Below, in pieces: positions 1-13,647 of a stretch of DNA of 64,000 nt. Under the pieces are notes generated by a model, which was not told where the DNA came from, ran no database searches, and worked only from the letters and a program-made list of their open reading frames with translations. The translations under genes were made by a program, and so were the position numbers. Source of the stretch: Sphaerodactylus townsendi (taxonomy: Eukaryota). How positions within the stretch are numbered: the first letter of the stretch is position 1; the number at the start of each line of letters is the position of its first letter. The DNA lies in assembly GCF_021028975.2 (NCBI RefSeq), contig NC_059441.1:5704001-5768000 (forward strand). Reading direction: 5' to 3'.

Positions 1-241
1 CGTAACACCCGTAACCAAAAATCAAGACTCAGTGTTGTCTTAGCTAAGTGCAGGCGCAAAGGGTCAGCCTGGAGCAAGAATCTGCGGCAAGCAGAGCGTT
101 TTGCCGTTTGCAGAAAGGATTTGGTGGTATGACCAGAAGACAAAAGCTTGCAGAATCTTCAAAGCTTCACACACACACACACCCCACACTCCACGCACAA
201 GAATGAAAGCTGTAATGAATTGTATGTAAAACACTTTCTAG

Positions 242-382
242 GGCTCATTCCGCACATGCAGAATAATGCACTTTCAAACTGCTTTCAATGCTCTTTGAAG
301 CTGTGCGGAATGGCAAAACCCACTTGCAAACAGTTGTGAAAGTGGTTTGAAAACGCATTATTTTGCGTGTGCAGAAGGGGCC
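242..382 (-). mobile_element. PIF/Harbinger-type MITE (141 bp)
   Basis: Imperfect TIRs GGCTCATTCCGCACA / TGTGCAGAAGGGGCC; 3-bp TSD TAG; same family as 31901 and 42080. Confidence 0.8.
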
Positions 383-753
383 TAGGACATCATTCCACAA
401 GAAATGCAAAGGGTTGAATAAAGATTTTCAAAATTATTTCTGCAACTTTCCGAAGGTTGTGCCTGAAGAACTACGGACAAAAATCTTTGCTGCAAATAAT
501 TCTAAGCTGCATAAAAGGAAATGTATAAAGCTTGTTGCAGCGCCTAAAACCTGGTATATTCTCTTGGAAGTCACCTCGATCCATAAAGCCCAGATTCCCA
601 CCCCACCCACTCCCCAGGAACTCTTCATGAGTTTTAAAAGGCTCTAGCAGTTGGCTGTACCAACCATCTGAAGTGTGTACAAGTGGAGATGCCAAAGGAA
701 CCTCGTACTTGCCCAAAAGTGTGCACGCAACTGCAATAATGGACACCCTATAA

Positions 754-1224
754 CAGTGATGGCAAACCTTTTTGAGACCGAGTGCCCAAATTGCAACCCA
801 AACCCCACTTATTTATCGCAAAGTGCCAACATGGCAATTTAACCTGAATGCTGAGGTCTTTGTTTAGAAAAAAACGGTTGGCTCCCTCTTCCCCCGCCAC
901 ACCTGCTTGAGCAGGGGCCAGCCTGCTCTAGCCTGCAGCAAGTTCTGAACGCACTGCTCTGTGCCTCTCTAGCATCTCTGCCTCCTCTGTGCCCCCCACC
1001 CCCAGGCAACAGCCACCCGGAGCACAAGCACCAGGCCCACCAGCCAAGTCCTCCCTGCTCACTGCACTGCGTGCATGTCGTGCTCAGTGGCCCAGGCCAG
1101 CCTAGATGTGTGTGTGTAGGGGGTGATTTTCCGCCCCCCACATGACGAACTCTGTGTGCGCGTGCCCACAGAGAGGGCTCCGAGTGCCACCTCTGGCACC
1201 CATGCCATAGGTTCCCAACCACTG
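754..1224 (-). mobile_element. Non-autonomous hAT DNA transposon
   Basis: TIRs CAGTGATGGCAAACC / GGTTCCCAACCACTG; perfect 8-bp TSD CCCTATAA; same family as 43209-43717. Confidence 0.88.
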
Positions 1225-1559
1225 CCCTATAAGTATCCTCTGATTCCACAGCATGCTTTATTAGCTTAGTCCCAAGAATTCTTCTGTAACCCTTGAGCCA
1301 CACGGGCAACTCTCTGAAGTGGTAATGGCATGCTATAGACTGCAATCATAAGACTGCTTCTTTGGGGGTTCTATGCCCCACTCAATAAAACAGGACTTCT
1401 GAGCAGGGATTGCTCCCTAAAAATGGAAGAATACAGGAACATCTTTAAACATAATCTCAGTCAGGCTGAAGGCATTCTAGAGCACAGGTGTCAAACTCGT
1501 GGCCCTCCAGATGTTATGGACTACAGTTCGCATCATCCCCTGCCAGCATGATGCCAAAC

Positions 1560-2075
1560 AATCCATGACAGCCTGATGCATTCCAGCCCCTCAGACAGAG
1601 ATCCTCATCTGAGGGACCTATAACAGACAGCAACCACCTGATGCAGCAAGGAAAAACCACCCAACAAAGTCAGAATACTATCCACAGGAATAGTATACTA
1701 AAGACAAGCCCACCCAAATCAACAACCAGACCAGAAACAAGTCCCATTCAATTGTTCATTTCCCGAAGTTTTTTATGCCAGCCAAGAGTCAACAATACCC
1801 TTCTGCTCTCGACCTTGGACAACTAGGCCAGACCCTACACAAAACAATAAATGGACACAAAACTGACATTAAAAACATCATCACTTGGAAACCTGTGGAA
1901 GAAGATATTACTCCTTCAGGACAGACTGTTGCTAGCCTAAGAGCGGTAGGTCTGCTACAGATCTTCAAAGGAAGATTACAACATGAGATAGTCAAAGTAG
2001 AATTCATTAACAAGTACAGATAATGCTCCTCCGCCCCCTCCCCCGGGCTGACTAGGGACACTGGATTCTGATGTC
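1560..2075 (+). mobile_element. Penelope-like retroelement fragment, degenerate GIY-YIG endonuclease region
   Basis: QQYPSALDLGQLGQTLHKTINGHKTDIKN...KPVEE...GQTVASL resembles the reptile Penelope GIY-YIG motif (CPSA.YIGQTGQSL.KRINGHKSDI). Confidence 0.8.
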
Positions 2076-2099
2076 AATGTGTGCATACGTGGGTACGTA

Positions 2100-2272
2100 A
2101 CAAGCTGTCAAGTTGTAGCTGACTGATGGCAACCCAAGCAAGGGACCTTCAAGACACGTAAGAAGCAGAGGTGGTTTGCTTTTGCCTTCCTCTGCAGAGC
2201 CTTCCTTGGTGGTCTCCCTTACAAGTATTGACCCTGCTTCGCTCCCAACATCTGGTGAGACCAGGCTACACT
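2100..2272 (-). mobile_element. 5S rRNA-headed SINE with Sauria/RTE-type tail, degenerate
   Basis: Reverse complement resembles the 15409 copy (5S-like head, tail ending ...aacttgac). Confidence 0.6.
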
Positions 2273-2366
2273 GTGCCCCCGTCCTTCCCTTCTTATCACA
2301 TTACATATGCTGGTGCCTGTGTATTTGCCGCATATAGGGTATTTTAAAGGACCTAGAGTCCTAATC

Positions 2367-2501
2367 CACAGGTGTCAAACTCGCGCCCCTCCAGATGTTA
2401 TGGACTACAGTTCCCATCATCCCCTGCCAGCATGATGCTGGCAGGGGATGATGGGAGCTGTAGTCCATAACATCTGGAGGGCCACGAGTTTGACACCTGG
2501 G
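2367..2501. mobile_element. Palindromic hAT MITE, cap B (CACAGGTGTCAAACTC)
   Basis: Near-perfect foldback; flanks TCCTAATC/GTCTAATC; half copy about 1483-1553, another copy 52314-52413. Confidence 0.85.
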
Positions 2502-3436
2502 GTCTAATCAAACGAATTACATTAACAGCAGCTCTCTTGATGAGAAAATAATCCACCTCCCAAGATCACACTCCAATCAGTTGTTATTTCCAAGAAGTAT
2601 TTAAAGCAAGCAATATAATACTCAAATATTCCCAACGTGAACAGAAAGAGTATTACAAAATGGTTTTCATTGGTTCTTTGTGGATTTATCAGGATGATCT
2701 TTGTGCCTATAGAAGTTATAAAAATTGCTAAGTACTATAAAAAGATACCCAAGAGCTTAGCTTAATCATCTTGAATAATAAGATAGGCTCGGCTTATAGG
2801 TTTACAAAACCAAAATAAAAGTTATAAGAACCATAGCTGGCGGTTATTGGAACACTGTGGTAAAACAGCATATTCAGAAGCTTTCAAAAGGTTGCAATGA
2901 CTTCTGTGGCCTCACTATTGAAACATGTTGGTGTTTATTTTTAAAAAATCAGCGAGTTTTCTTTGAAACAGCCCTTCTCAAAGAATTCCAGCTCAGCCAA
3001 TGAAGCTTACTGGGAGGTAGCCACACACTCACAGCCTCACACACCACACAAGGGTTGTTAACAGAGTAAAATGGAGCAGAGAATAACTATGCATGCAACT
3101 AAGTTCCCCGAGGGGAGGGAGGGAATAAAACCATCACAGATAAAAATATAAGTTCTTAAAATAACTTTCCACTGTGCAACAATCCACTAGTTAGAACAGA
3201 TATTTTTTCACATGCTTTATGTGAAGTGCGCTCCCTGCTGCACTGACACAGAAATGGGCTGACTTTTTGGATCTTTCTCCATCAATTTAATACATCTGAA
3301 AACCTGCCGCTCCAGCTCTCCACAGGCTTTTAAAGCACCTGCTGGAAACTGGAAGCAAGTCAGCCACAAAAACAGCAGCTCTAAAAATCAGTCAAGAGTA
3401 GAGATGAAACATTTCTGGAAATTTTGAAATCACAGA

Positions 3437-4000
3437 AAAGGACCTGGGAGTTTTAGTAGACCACAAACTGGACAAGAGTCAGCTGTGTTTTGCAGCAGCC
3501 AAGAAAGCCAATGCAGTTCTGGGCAGAATCAATAGGAGCATAGTGAGTGATGTAATAGTACCTCCCTATTCTGCATTGGTCAGACCTCACCTGGAATACT
3601 GTGTCCAGTTCTGGGCACAGCAATTCAAGAAGAATACTGACAAGCTGGAACGGGTCCAGACAAGGACGAGCAAAATGGTAAAAAGTCTGGAATTCATGTC
3701 CTATGAGGACTGGCTTAGGGAACTAAGTATGTTTAGTCTGGAGAAGAAAAAATTAAGGGGTGACATGATAGCCATATTTGAATATTTTAAGCTTGTTTTC
3801 TGCTGCCCCAGAGACAGGGAGAAGGAGTAATGGGTTCAAGGTGAAGGAAAACTGCCTTGGAAGGTGTTGGGGGGTCTCCTTTGGAGGTTTTTAAACAGAA
3901 TCTGGATGGCCATCTGTCAGGAGTGATTTGACTGTATATTCCAGAATGGCAGGGAGTTGGACACGATGGCCCTTGCAATCTCTTCCAATTCTATGATTCC
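3437..4000 (+). mobile_element. CR1 LINE 3' fragment
   Basis: YSALVRPHLEYCVQFW...LERVQ...LRELSMFSLEK.KLRGDMI (CR1 ORF2 C-terminus); TTCTATGATTC tail; 38-bp tandem duplication 3990-4065. Confidence 0.92.
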
Positions 4001-5515
4001 AGGATTTATAACTTAAGCATGTAAAACTCTATGATTCCAAGATTTATAACTTAAGCACGTAAAACTGTAATATTTAACATATTTATGAAAGTTAAGTTTT
4101 GTAGAAGCAAAATTGCCAATATACCCAATATTTGAGTGAAAACTATAAGCTGTTTCATCCTGCACTAATCTTAGCACAAGTAACTTAATTTCTCCTATCT
4201 GGATGGAGATCGCTAAATTCTCAATGAAACTTCCAGTTTTCCTCTGAGGCACTAGTGAAGTTTCCACCGCACCTCCTTCGGATCTTCTTCTCTCCCTCCT
4301 GCAAGGAAGAGCATTTAAGATACTTTCCAGCCAGCTGGTGGGTAAATGTGCCACAGTGGGTTGAGGGAGAAGTGAGAAGATCCACCGTATCAGGTCAGAA
4401 GGACAACAGAAGAAATTCAACTGCTGAGATGCAATGAAAGCCCTGAAGATTTGGTACAGAAATTTAAGAGCAGCCTATGCCCATAGTATGCCCACATTGT
4501 CTTTAAAAACATTTCACTCATTCTGAAAAGAAAATATTTCATATGTTTTTCCTGTATTCCTCAGAATTTCTCATTTTTTGGTCATAATTTTTTAAAGGAA
4601 AAAATGTTATCTGTTCCTCCCATCCCCAATTTTTCCAGATTTTTTCAGCCTTTCTGGGCAAGATTCTATCTGGATGTATTAATATTTTAAGACCCCATTT
4701 CATAATAATTTTCATGTGTCTGTTAATTCAAAAGCTATTTTAACCTATGTATTATTTTAACCCAAATAAGTCAATTTAAGCATACAATTTATGCCAAATA
4801 CACACCATCTTTACTAAAACCTTAGCTTTATCCCCCAAATGACTTAGAATGGCATTACTGTTTACTATTCTAATGCACACAAGTGAACTAAAGTGGCACG
4901 AATGTGCACACTGATGCTCTCAAAATGGTTTCAATTTACACCCTACAATCCTGACAGATCAAAATTTTCTTGTTTGATAAAGAAAGTGAAAGACACCCAA
5001 TGTACATTTGAAACAATCCTTCCATACGTGTCTCAAACCCATTTTAATTCCCTCAGTTCGAAATCTCTCCTCCACTCCAGCTGCGAGGCTGTCCCCACTC
5101 ATTCTGATCTGAGCATCAAAGTTCCTCAAGGCTGTTTTTCCAGATAGCTGCAAAGCCCCAGCACAGCGCTTCACACGCACAACTCTCCCGGTGGGTTCTC
5201 CTGCCACAGGCCCATCTGCAACATTGACAACATTGCTTCATCAAGGCACTGACAGTACCCGTTTTAAGCTGACACCCTTGCAAGCCACGGCAAATAGCTC
5301 CAAGACGTCCTGCTGTGTGGTCCCCCTAAGTATACAGCAGCAACTAGTAACAATGGGGAAATTATTTTTTAAAGTAAGGTCTTTTAAACTGAAGAGCTCT
5401 GAACAGCAACAAGAAAATACAGATTTTTTTCATCTCAATACAAAATTCTCTTTCCACACTGTCATGCTCCTTCCTCTCTTTTGCTTCTCTGTAACTTTTT
5501 ATTTACTTTGTGGAA

Positions 5516-5742
5516 CTGTGGAGGCTTATCTGGGGCATTCAGATTAGCCTGTACACTCCCACACACGCAAGTGGGGTGACCTTGGGCTAGTCACAGCTTC
5601 TCGGAGCTCTCTCAGCCCCACCCACCTCACAGGGTGTTTGTTGTGAGGGGGGAAGGGCAAGGAGATTGTAAGCCCCTTTGAGTCTCCTGCAGGAGAGAAA
5701 GGGGGGATATGAATCCAAACTCCTCTTCTTCTTCTTCTTCTT
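5516..5742 (+). mobile_element. tRNA-derived SINE (Squam3-like), 5' truncated
   Basis: Body identical to other copies; (CTT)n tail. Confidence 0.85.
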
Positions 5743-6272
5743 CTCTATCTTTATTTTGTAGGCTGCCGCCAGGAATAAAATTCCAGAAACTCTTTTATTC
5801 TCTTCTTGGTAGGGTGTACGAGATGTAAGGCAAACAGATGGCATTTGTGGTACTAAGGAAAATCAGGTGGAAGTTCCAATATTTCACTGAACCAAAATAA
5901 GATTTTATTTATAATGGTAGGTAACTTCAAGGTTCCAAATTATTTACAAAAATTAAAATAAAATCTAACTAAGGCAACAAATACTTTTAACAACTTCTAA
6001 TCAGAATAAAGCCATTCTGACCCTTTTCACATCTTCTCTCTCTATCCCTTATACTTTTCTCTCAGACTAGAATTTAACCCTTTTACCCTTACAATGAAAC
6101 TGTGTCGCCCTTGGTCACACCCATGCAGCTTCTGCCCTTTTCTGACAGACTCCAGTTCTGATGCTCTAACTCTTGACAGTTTCTATATTCCATATTCTAT
6201 ACTGCATCTCAAAACTAACTTCAATTTCTCCCTCTCTCCTGGTAAAAACCACAGCCAGGATTCCTCTCACAC

Positions 6273-6564
6273 AGAAGAGTTTGGATTTATATCCCCCTTC
6301 TCTCCTGCAGGAGACTCAAAGGGGCTGACAATCTCCTTGCCCTTCCCCCCTCACAACAAACACCCTGTGAGGTGGGTGGGGCTGAGAGAGCTCCGAGAAG
6401 TTGTGACTCGTCCAAGGTCACCCAGCTGGCGTGTGTGGGAGTGCACAGGCTAATCTGAATTCCCCAGATAAGCCTCCACAGCTCAGGCGGCAGAGCTGGG
6501 AATCAAACCCGGTTCCTCCAGATTAGATACATGAGCTCTTAACCTCCTGTGCCACTGCTGCTCC
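6273..6564 (-). mobile_element. tRNA-derived SINE (Squam3-like), full length
   Basis: tRNA-like head with A box (TGGC..AGGAGG) and B box-like GGTTTGATTCC; near-identical to copies at 30011, 44464, 51055, 58881. Confidence 0.88.
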
Positions 6565-6682
6565 TGCGGACACAGCTTCACCCTCTACCCACAGATCTCT
6601 CCCTCTGACTCTACCTTCTCTTTTTTTCCCTTTTTTATTCCCACCCAGCCACTCCTCACCAAAACCAATCATGGCTCCCCTG

Positions 6683-6782
6683 CAGTGGTGGGATTCAAAT
6701 AATTTAACAACTGGTTGTTTGCAAGCACCATTTTAACAACCGTTCTGCCGTAATGGTGCGAACCTGCTGAATACCACCACTG
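6683..6782. mobile_element. Short non-autonomous hAT element
   Basis: TIRs CAGTGGTGGGATTCA / TGAATACCACCACTG; TSD CTCCCCTG/CTCACCTG. Confidence 0.8.
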
Positions 6783-6990
6783 CTCACCTGCCTTTTTCTG
6801 GCCACTCCCTCTCGCTCTGCTATTCAGCACTCCGTTTAAAGACACCCAAGCCTACAATCATTTCAATCCAACCTTAAAATTGTCCCGCACATGCTTTGCT
6901 GTGCTGGTGTAATCTGACATTTCAACACACAATATATTAGTTGGGGAATTCAGAGCATGCATGCAGTTGTAATGATCCCGAGAAACTTAC

Positions 6991-7155
6991 TTTGCTTCAT
7001 CCTCTGGAAGTCACTGACTCGGTCCTTTGAAGCTTGTTTTGCGACGTCTTTATCAGCTTTCTGACTATCCACAACATGGTCAGCCATTAAGTGCTGAAGA
7101 GAGTTCGAGGGGATCTGCTTTATCATGGCATCAGCATTTCCATCACGGTTAACAG
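6991..7155 (-). CDS. GOLM2: GOLM2 coding exon 8 (gene continues beyond window start)
   Basis: tgcag|(A)VNRDGN...KQIPSNSLQHL...KQASKDRVSDFQRMKQ|gtaagt; 165 bp; KDRVSDF motif. The acidic C-terminal exons were not found in 1-6990. Confidence 0.92.
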
Positions 7156-8282
7156 CTGCAGCAAACAAAGGCACAACAAAAGAGACTCTGGCAGTCGGCA
7201 CCATACAGGCCCCCCATGAAACGTCACACCCGAGGGCCCTGCTGAAGGACAGCAGACAGCTGGGATCTTCCCCCCAGGCAGAAAATCCACTGTTTCCAGA
7301 CAATCATTGATTGGACTTCCTGTTCTACCAATACTGGCTTGCAAGCCAAAACTACCACCCAAGTATCTTTTTTCAAAAAACTTGCTTCGTTAAGCAGAAA
7401 ACAATTAAGTTAGAGAAAACATGAAAACAGCAAGAACTGGGCTGACTTAAAGAAAAGAGTCTGCAAAAAGGTGTTTGTGAAAGCTCTTGGAAGAAGGACA
7501 CAAGCAAGTCCTGAAGAACACAACATCAGCCCGGGAAGATAATAAGTGTGCAGGCAATCAAAATGGGACGGTGATGGGAGGGGGGGTTGTACCTGCCCAC
7601 ACTCCTGGGGGCAAGCCAAGCCCAACAGTGCAGCCAGCACCTGTGAGATTCACCCTGGGAAGTGATGCTGGGCACTGGCCACACCTGCTGTCTCCTCTCC
7701 TGTACCATAACAGTGGGTCCAGCACTGCTTCCAGGGTCTCGAGCAGAGATCTGGGCCTAGGTACCAAGCAACATCATCGGACATGATGGTGTCAGCACAC
7801 ACATTGGGGCAGTCGACCCCCCATCCTTGAGATATTGGGTTCAAATTGTATCTCTCGCTTCTTCATTCATGGAGGACCTCTCCCATTCCCAACAGAGAAG
7901 TCAGAGCCTCTCTCCTTTAGGTGGAGGTTTGCCATCACAAATTCCCTCTTCTGGAAAGTGTACTAAGTGGGAAAGGAACTATTTCCCTGTAACTGCACAT
8001 CTGAGCAGATCTGAGAGGCAAGGGGGCTCCTGGGCATACAGGACACACACGCTCGTGGCAGAAGCTCCTGCTCTGCCCACAGTTCTAGGATTCTGATGGC
8101 CTCGGCCAACCGGGGAGCAAAGTCAGTCCCAAAGAGTGCTGAGGACAGCAAGATGGAGGAAACCAAGAGGAAAAACACGATCCAGATAACGGAATACATA
8201 TGTAAGCGGACAGGTCTCTCCGTCGTGAGGGAAGATACTTCTGCACGAATGATCAGCGAACCAACTGTGAGCCAGAATGGTA

Positions 8283-10640
8283 TAGTGGTGGACTCGAGAT
8301 GTTAAAGATCCAGATGGAAGATATATTTTACTGAAGATGACATCGCCAGATGGCAGGACTGACACATTTGGCAACTGTTTATGCCCCAAATAATGCCAGA
8401 GAGGATTTTCTTTACTATTTCAAACTATTTCAAATGATTTTGGACTTTCAAGGAGGAGATCTATTTGGTGACATGAATGGAGTGAAAGACCCTAATAAAG
8501 ACAGATCTAAGAAAGTTAAAGGCAGCAAACTCCCCAAAAATGTGTCTATGTATATGAAAATCTTGAATTTAGCAGATCCCTGGTTAACAAAACAATCCTA
8601 ATACAAGGGATATTTTCCCTGATAGACATCACACCTATTTACGAATCAACATGTCCTGAATTTCTAAAACATTACTTACAAACTGAGAAAAGGTTGACAT
8701 ACTTCTGAAGATCATAATCCAACAGAAGTGATATGACACTGAAATAAGACTGGGGGAAGGAGATGGAGACTAAATTATAACCTTTTACTAAAAGAAAATA
8801 GTGGAGAAATGCAAGAAAGATTTAGATTAATTCCTCAGAATTAATAGGACTGAATGAACGGCTATTACCACGATCTGGGAAACTAGTAAAACTAACATGA
8901 AAGCCCTTTGGGGTAGAGCAGTTTATCAAATTGAATCAATCAATCAATAATAATAACAACAAAACAACAACAACCAACAACTAATGGCAATACCAATAAG
9001 ACAGAAAAAAGTAAAGGAGCAAAGGAATAATATACATAATATATAATATATATGCAAATATGAAAATTTTGGAAAAACATAAAAAGTCTTTGGACAAGAA
9101 AACCTTAAGAGAGATGAAGGGCTTAAAAACTCTATTAGAAATCAAAGAAATGCAAAAAAAACCCTGAGATTTTTGAAACAAAGAAATTCTGGACACACTA
9201 ATAAATCAGGAAGGTTTTTAGCTTACTGCTTAAGGAAAGAAACTGAAAAAAAGACAATCCATGGAATCGAAGAGGTAAAGTTACCTTTGTGGAGAAATTC
9301 AAGACCAATTTGTCCAGTTCTTTACAGACTTAAATAAAAGGGTACCTCAGAAGAATGGGCTACAAAAGACTATGCTGACAACACACCTGTGGAAAATTTT
9401 ACTGTGGATTGCAGAGAAATTCAGAATCAAAATTCTGCAATCTAAAAATTATCCCAAGCCATAAAAGAATTGAAAAAAAGGCAAAGCCCCAGTTCCAGAT
9501 GGCCTAACAGCAGAATATTATAAATGCTTACAAAAGGAACTAATTTTGCCTTTCAAGAAGTGATGGATGAGATAAGCCAAGAGAAAGAACTACCACCAAC
9601 ATGGCAGGAAGCACATATCACATTGGTTCATGAAGAAGGCAATGATCCAGAATCACCAGAGTCTTATAGACCTGTATCGCTCCTAAATGTGGATTATAAA
9701 AGATTCACAATTATGGCAACCAGACTAATATAAATAAGTTAATTAATAAGAACATAAGAACAAGCCAGCTGGATCAGACCAGAGTCCATCTAGTCCAGCT
9801 CTCTGCTACTCGCAGTGGCCCCCCAGGTGCCTTTGGGAGCTCACATGCAGGAGGTGAAAGCAATGGCCTTCTGCGGCTGTTGCTCCCGAGCACCTGGACT
9901 GTTAAGGCATAATGAAGCTCAGACAGGATTTATACCAAAAAATTGTATGAAAGAGAACCTATAATTTGTAATCAATGCCATGGAACCTGTTAAATTGAAA
10001 GAAAAAGAAAGCAATGCTCATATTTTTAGATGCGGAAAAAGTCTTGGATAATGTTTCTTGGAATTGTATATTAAAGATGCTGGAACGTTTAAATTGCTGA
10101 TACAAAGCATTTACACTACTCGATGTGGGAGAATATTAATAAATGGTGTTCTTACAGAGGAATTACAAATTGAACAAGGAACATGTGAAGGCTGTCTGTT
10201 ATCTCCACTGTTGTTTATTCTTGGACTGGAAGTTCTGGAAACAAAGATTAGAAGAGATCAAAGATTTGAGAGTTAATGGAAGAGACTTTCAGATGAACAG
10301 TTGTGCAGATGACGTCATACTCACTATTAACAATCTACAACTGTCAATTCATTATTTGATGGAGCAAATAGAACAAAAATTGCAACAAAACAAAAGGAAA
10401 TGGATATTGGCAAAATTACATGTTGTGATATTGGTTTGAATAAAGTGAATATCTTGGAATTAATTTGAATGGTAATTTTGTAACATGGAACAAAATGCAA
10501 GAAGGTTTGCAAGAATGGATTAAACTAAAAAATGCACACTAGGGAAGAATTGCTTCAGTTAAGGTAAGTGTTCTACCAAAACTGAAATTTTTGTTTCAAA
10601 TGCTCCCAATCTATATAAAAAATAAAACTTTGAAAGAATG
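8283..10640 (+). mobile_element. Degenerate L1-clade LINE ORF2 (APE endonuclease + RT) in GOLM2 intron 7, antisense to gene
   Basis: KDPDGRYI, LATVYAPN, GDMNGV.D, KAP.PDG..AEYYK, SYRPVSLLNVDYK, GCLLSPLLF, ADD; many stops and frameshifts. Confidence 0.9.
9746..9910 (-). mobile_element. CR1-type 3' end inserted into the L1
   Basis: (TAAGAACA)n tail; same family at 16228-16273, 16550-16785 and 57000-57135. Confidence 0.8.
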
Positions 10641-11666
10641 TGTGATGGGTGGACCAGAAAAATAGAGGTTTGTCAGTGGAACAAGTGGACCAGAAAAATA
10701 GAGGTTTGTCAGTGGAGAGCAAGTTTGTCAGTGGAACAAGGTCCTATCACAACAGAGTGGGGTAAAACTTCCTAGGAATGGGATGCGCCCTGATTGGGTA
10801 AGCTGACCTGCGCCCTGATTGGTGGAACAATCAAGATGAAGTGATATCACATTCCACTGCCTCTGACTTTGGGCAGGGCTGCCCTTTACGTGCAAAGCAA
10901 AACTGCAGAAACTTGACACTGAGAGTTGCTGCACCCTCTACTACCTTAGAACACACACCTTAGATTTTGCCACCGAAGAGGCAGAAAAAAGTAGAAGTTG
11001 AAAACTGAACACTAAAGGTGATTAGAAACAATCTTATAGTGATAATCGGACAGTAATCTTACCTGTATATCAAGTTAAACATGGCACTAAAATCAGCAAA
11101 CTTCTGCACAGGTTATCATCACCATATATGTTAGAAAACACTGACTATGGACAAATTTAGTCACCTCAGAGCAACCAACAAACACACCCTTGAGAATACG
11201 ATGCATGCTCACAGGATTTGAATTAAGAACTCGCTTACACTGCGGAGTGTCATACATAAAGATATGCAGACAACACACTTTGACAACACACAAAGTCTTC
11301 TCTTCAGAACTACACTGATTTCTAAAGAGAAAATATTTCACAGAAGTGCCCCCTGCCCCCTCCAAAATTTCTGAATTTTCTCCACTGGAATTTTTTTTAA
11401 TTCTCAGGAGAAAAAAACTAGCTTCTATTCAGCCCAGCCCGGATTTTCCTATTTCAAACACAGAGCAGAGGGGATTCCCCTCTCTAACTGCAGAATCATT
11501 TTGCTCCAACCTCTTACTGGCATGCACTCACAGGGTAGTGTGTGTTTGTTCTGGCAATGCAGCCCCGGGGTGGAGCCACCTATCAGCTGTCTTTTCACTC
11601 TCCATTCTAGAATGGAGAAGATGGAACCACAGCAATGACTGGATTCGCCCAGGTGTTGGGCCAGAG

Positions 11667-11799
11667 CAGGGGTCTGCAACCTGCAGCTATCCAGATGTTC
11701 ATGGACTACAAATCCCATCAGCCTCTGCCAGCATGGCCAATTGGCTGATGGGATTTGTAGTCCATGAACATCTGGAGAGCTGCAGGCTGCAGACCCCTG
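11667..11799. mobile_element. Palindromic hAT MITE, cap A (CAGGGGTCTGCAACCTG)
   Basis: Foldback with perfect TSD GGCCAGAG; other cap-A copies at 15168 (half), 18353, 19768, 20274, 20755, 22253, 23790, 52819, 53983, 55871, 63541. Confidence 0.9.
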
Positions 11800-11959
11800 G
11801 GCCAGAGCAACTACTTTGCCCTGAGTTGGGGAGAGGGAAGACTTCCTGCCTCAGAAGGTTGTTTGCTTCTTTCTGCTTCAGAGTAAGTGGGAGGAGTCAA
11901 CTGGGGGTAGTTCACCCAACTTCCTGCTGGAAGGCATAAGCAATTCATGAGCTTGTTAC

Positions 11960-12058
11960 CTTGAGCCAGATTAGAAGCATGAGGTTGTTCTGTGGGAAGA
12001 TTCACATTGCCTTGGTGTCGTTCCTTTTGAAAAGTTGAAACGAGTGGCTTCTTCAAAG
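11960..12058 (-). CDS. GOLM2: GOLM2 coding exon 7
   Basis: tttag|(A)LKKPLVSTFQKERHQGNVNLPTEQPHASNLAQ|gtaac; 99 bp, phase 1 to 1; similar to human ALRKPP...HQ...LPTGQP. Confidence 0.9.
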
Positions 12059-13003
12059 CTAAACAAAACAAGCTTTTATTACAAACCACTCATCAAACTA
12101 ACACTCTCAACCAGTCTAGCTCTAAAGCCAACACATACGACACAGTTCACAGAGACTCCTGGCTTCTTGTAATTGAACGAAGGCCCTTTCTGCACGGGCC
12201 ACTAAAAACGGGTTAAGGGCAGGATAAAACCTGGGCTGGGGGGGGGGAACTTTGCACGGATCCTGCTCCTAACGCGAGTCCACTCCGTGTCCCCCCCCTC
12301 CCAGCCTGGGTTTTTCAAGAATCACGATTTGCATGATTCTTTTGTTTTAATGCGTCTTGCAGCCATGGCTGAGCGGACGGCCAGGCAGGAGGCACGTTAT
12401 GTGGTTGCACTTTTAAAAAACAAACAAACCTCCCCACTCCCATTTGCAGAGCCAAGAAGACACTTCTGGGGACAGCAAGGCTCTGGGGTGCCATAGGTTG
12501 GCCACCCATGGTATAAAGGCTCATCAAAACTTGCAGGTGCGCCTTATAACTTTTCTACTGTTACGCTCGACTGTGGAAGCCAGCCAAGTCAAGCAAAGCA
12601 ACTCGACAAGTAGACAATGCCCATCACAGAACCGGGCGAAGCCTGGCAAGACCGGTGTCCACTCGGCCCTCAGAGAGCTTCCCTTGCGGCTTTGCGGCTT
12701 CCACCAGTAACTTTTGACAAGGCTGGCCAATTACCTTCTCAACGAAGGACACAGAGGAGTTCATAGCACAGATGTTTTAGAAAGCTCGCAACTACAACTA
12801 CGTGGATACAAGGAAATATTATGATGTTGATTTTAATATGTATATAGTCAAAACAACAAAGTGATCATGACAGCCTTTTCCACTTCCTTTGGCCATGTTC
12901 CCTAACTACTGTGGAGTATTAACCAAAACAGAACATTGTGACGTTTTTAGAAAAATATCTAATAGTGACTGTGCACTTTAGAAATAAACATAAAATTGCT
13001 AAC

Positions 13004-13084
13004 CAGCGAGGCCATCTTCAGCTTTAGCAGGGTCATTCTCTTCTATCCCAGGCATGCCAGCATCATCTCCTGGTTTAATTTTCT
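13004..13084 (-). CDS. GOLM2: GOLM2 coding exon 6 (absent from ORF track)
   Basis: gatag|(E)KIKPGDDAGMPGIEENDPAKAEDGLA|gttag; 81 bp; DAGMPGIEEND is the conserved CASC4 motif. Confidence 0.94.
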
Positions 13085-13314
13085 CTATCAAAACAAAAAG
13101 AAATTTCTCCCTTACTACATCTAAGGTTGAAGGAATCTGGCCATTTTACAGGGGCTGAACTAGGAAATGGTCCAAAACCCAAATAGTGCCCACTGCAATG
13201 TCTTTGCTGGACGTGCCTTGTGACTGAGCAGTTCCTTTGGCGAGAAATTAATAGAGACATACGGGGAAGAAATGTTCTAACAGACCCAGAAAATGGAGTC
13301 ACTCCGGATCGAGA

Positions 13315-13445
13315 CACCGCTGAAGATGCCCGCCACAGATGCAGGCAAAATGTTAGGAACAAGATCTACCAGACCACGGCCACACAGCCCGGAAAACCCA
13401 CCAGAACCTGTTGAATCCGGCCATGAAAGCGTTCGACAATACATA
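13315..13445 (+). mobile_element. Penelope terminal-repeat remnant with degenerate hammerhead core
   Basis: CTGAAGATGCC...GGCAAAATGTTAGG...GAAAGCGTTCGACAATAC. Confidence 0.75.
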
Positions 13446-13502
13446 ACAGAGGTATCATTCACTTGCACTCATGTCCAACCACAGTTCTGCCAGACAACAG
13501 AC

Positions 13503-13647
13503 CTTTGCCGTCAGAGACATTGTTTACTGAAGGCTCTTCATTCTTCACAGCATCCCTTTCATCCAGCTCTTGCGTTGTCTTCAATACCACAGCAGCATTG
13601 CTCAGGTCTGCCTCCACGTGTCTGCTGGACGGGCTCCTGCGCACAGC
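13503..13647 (-). CDS. GOLM2: GOLM2 coding exon 5
   Basis: ctag|AVRRSPSS...KNEEPSVNNVSDGK-G|gtctgt; 145 bp; KNEEPS and GK match CASC4; frame joins exon 6. Confidence 0.88.
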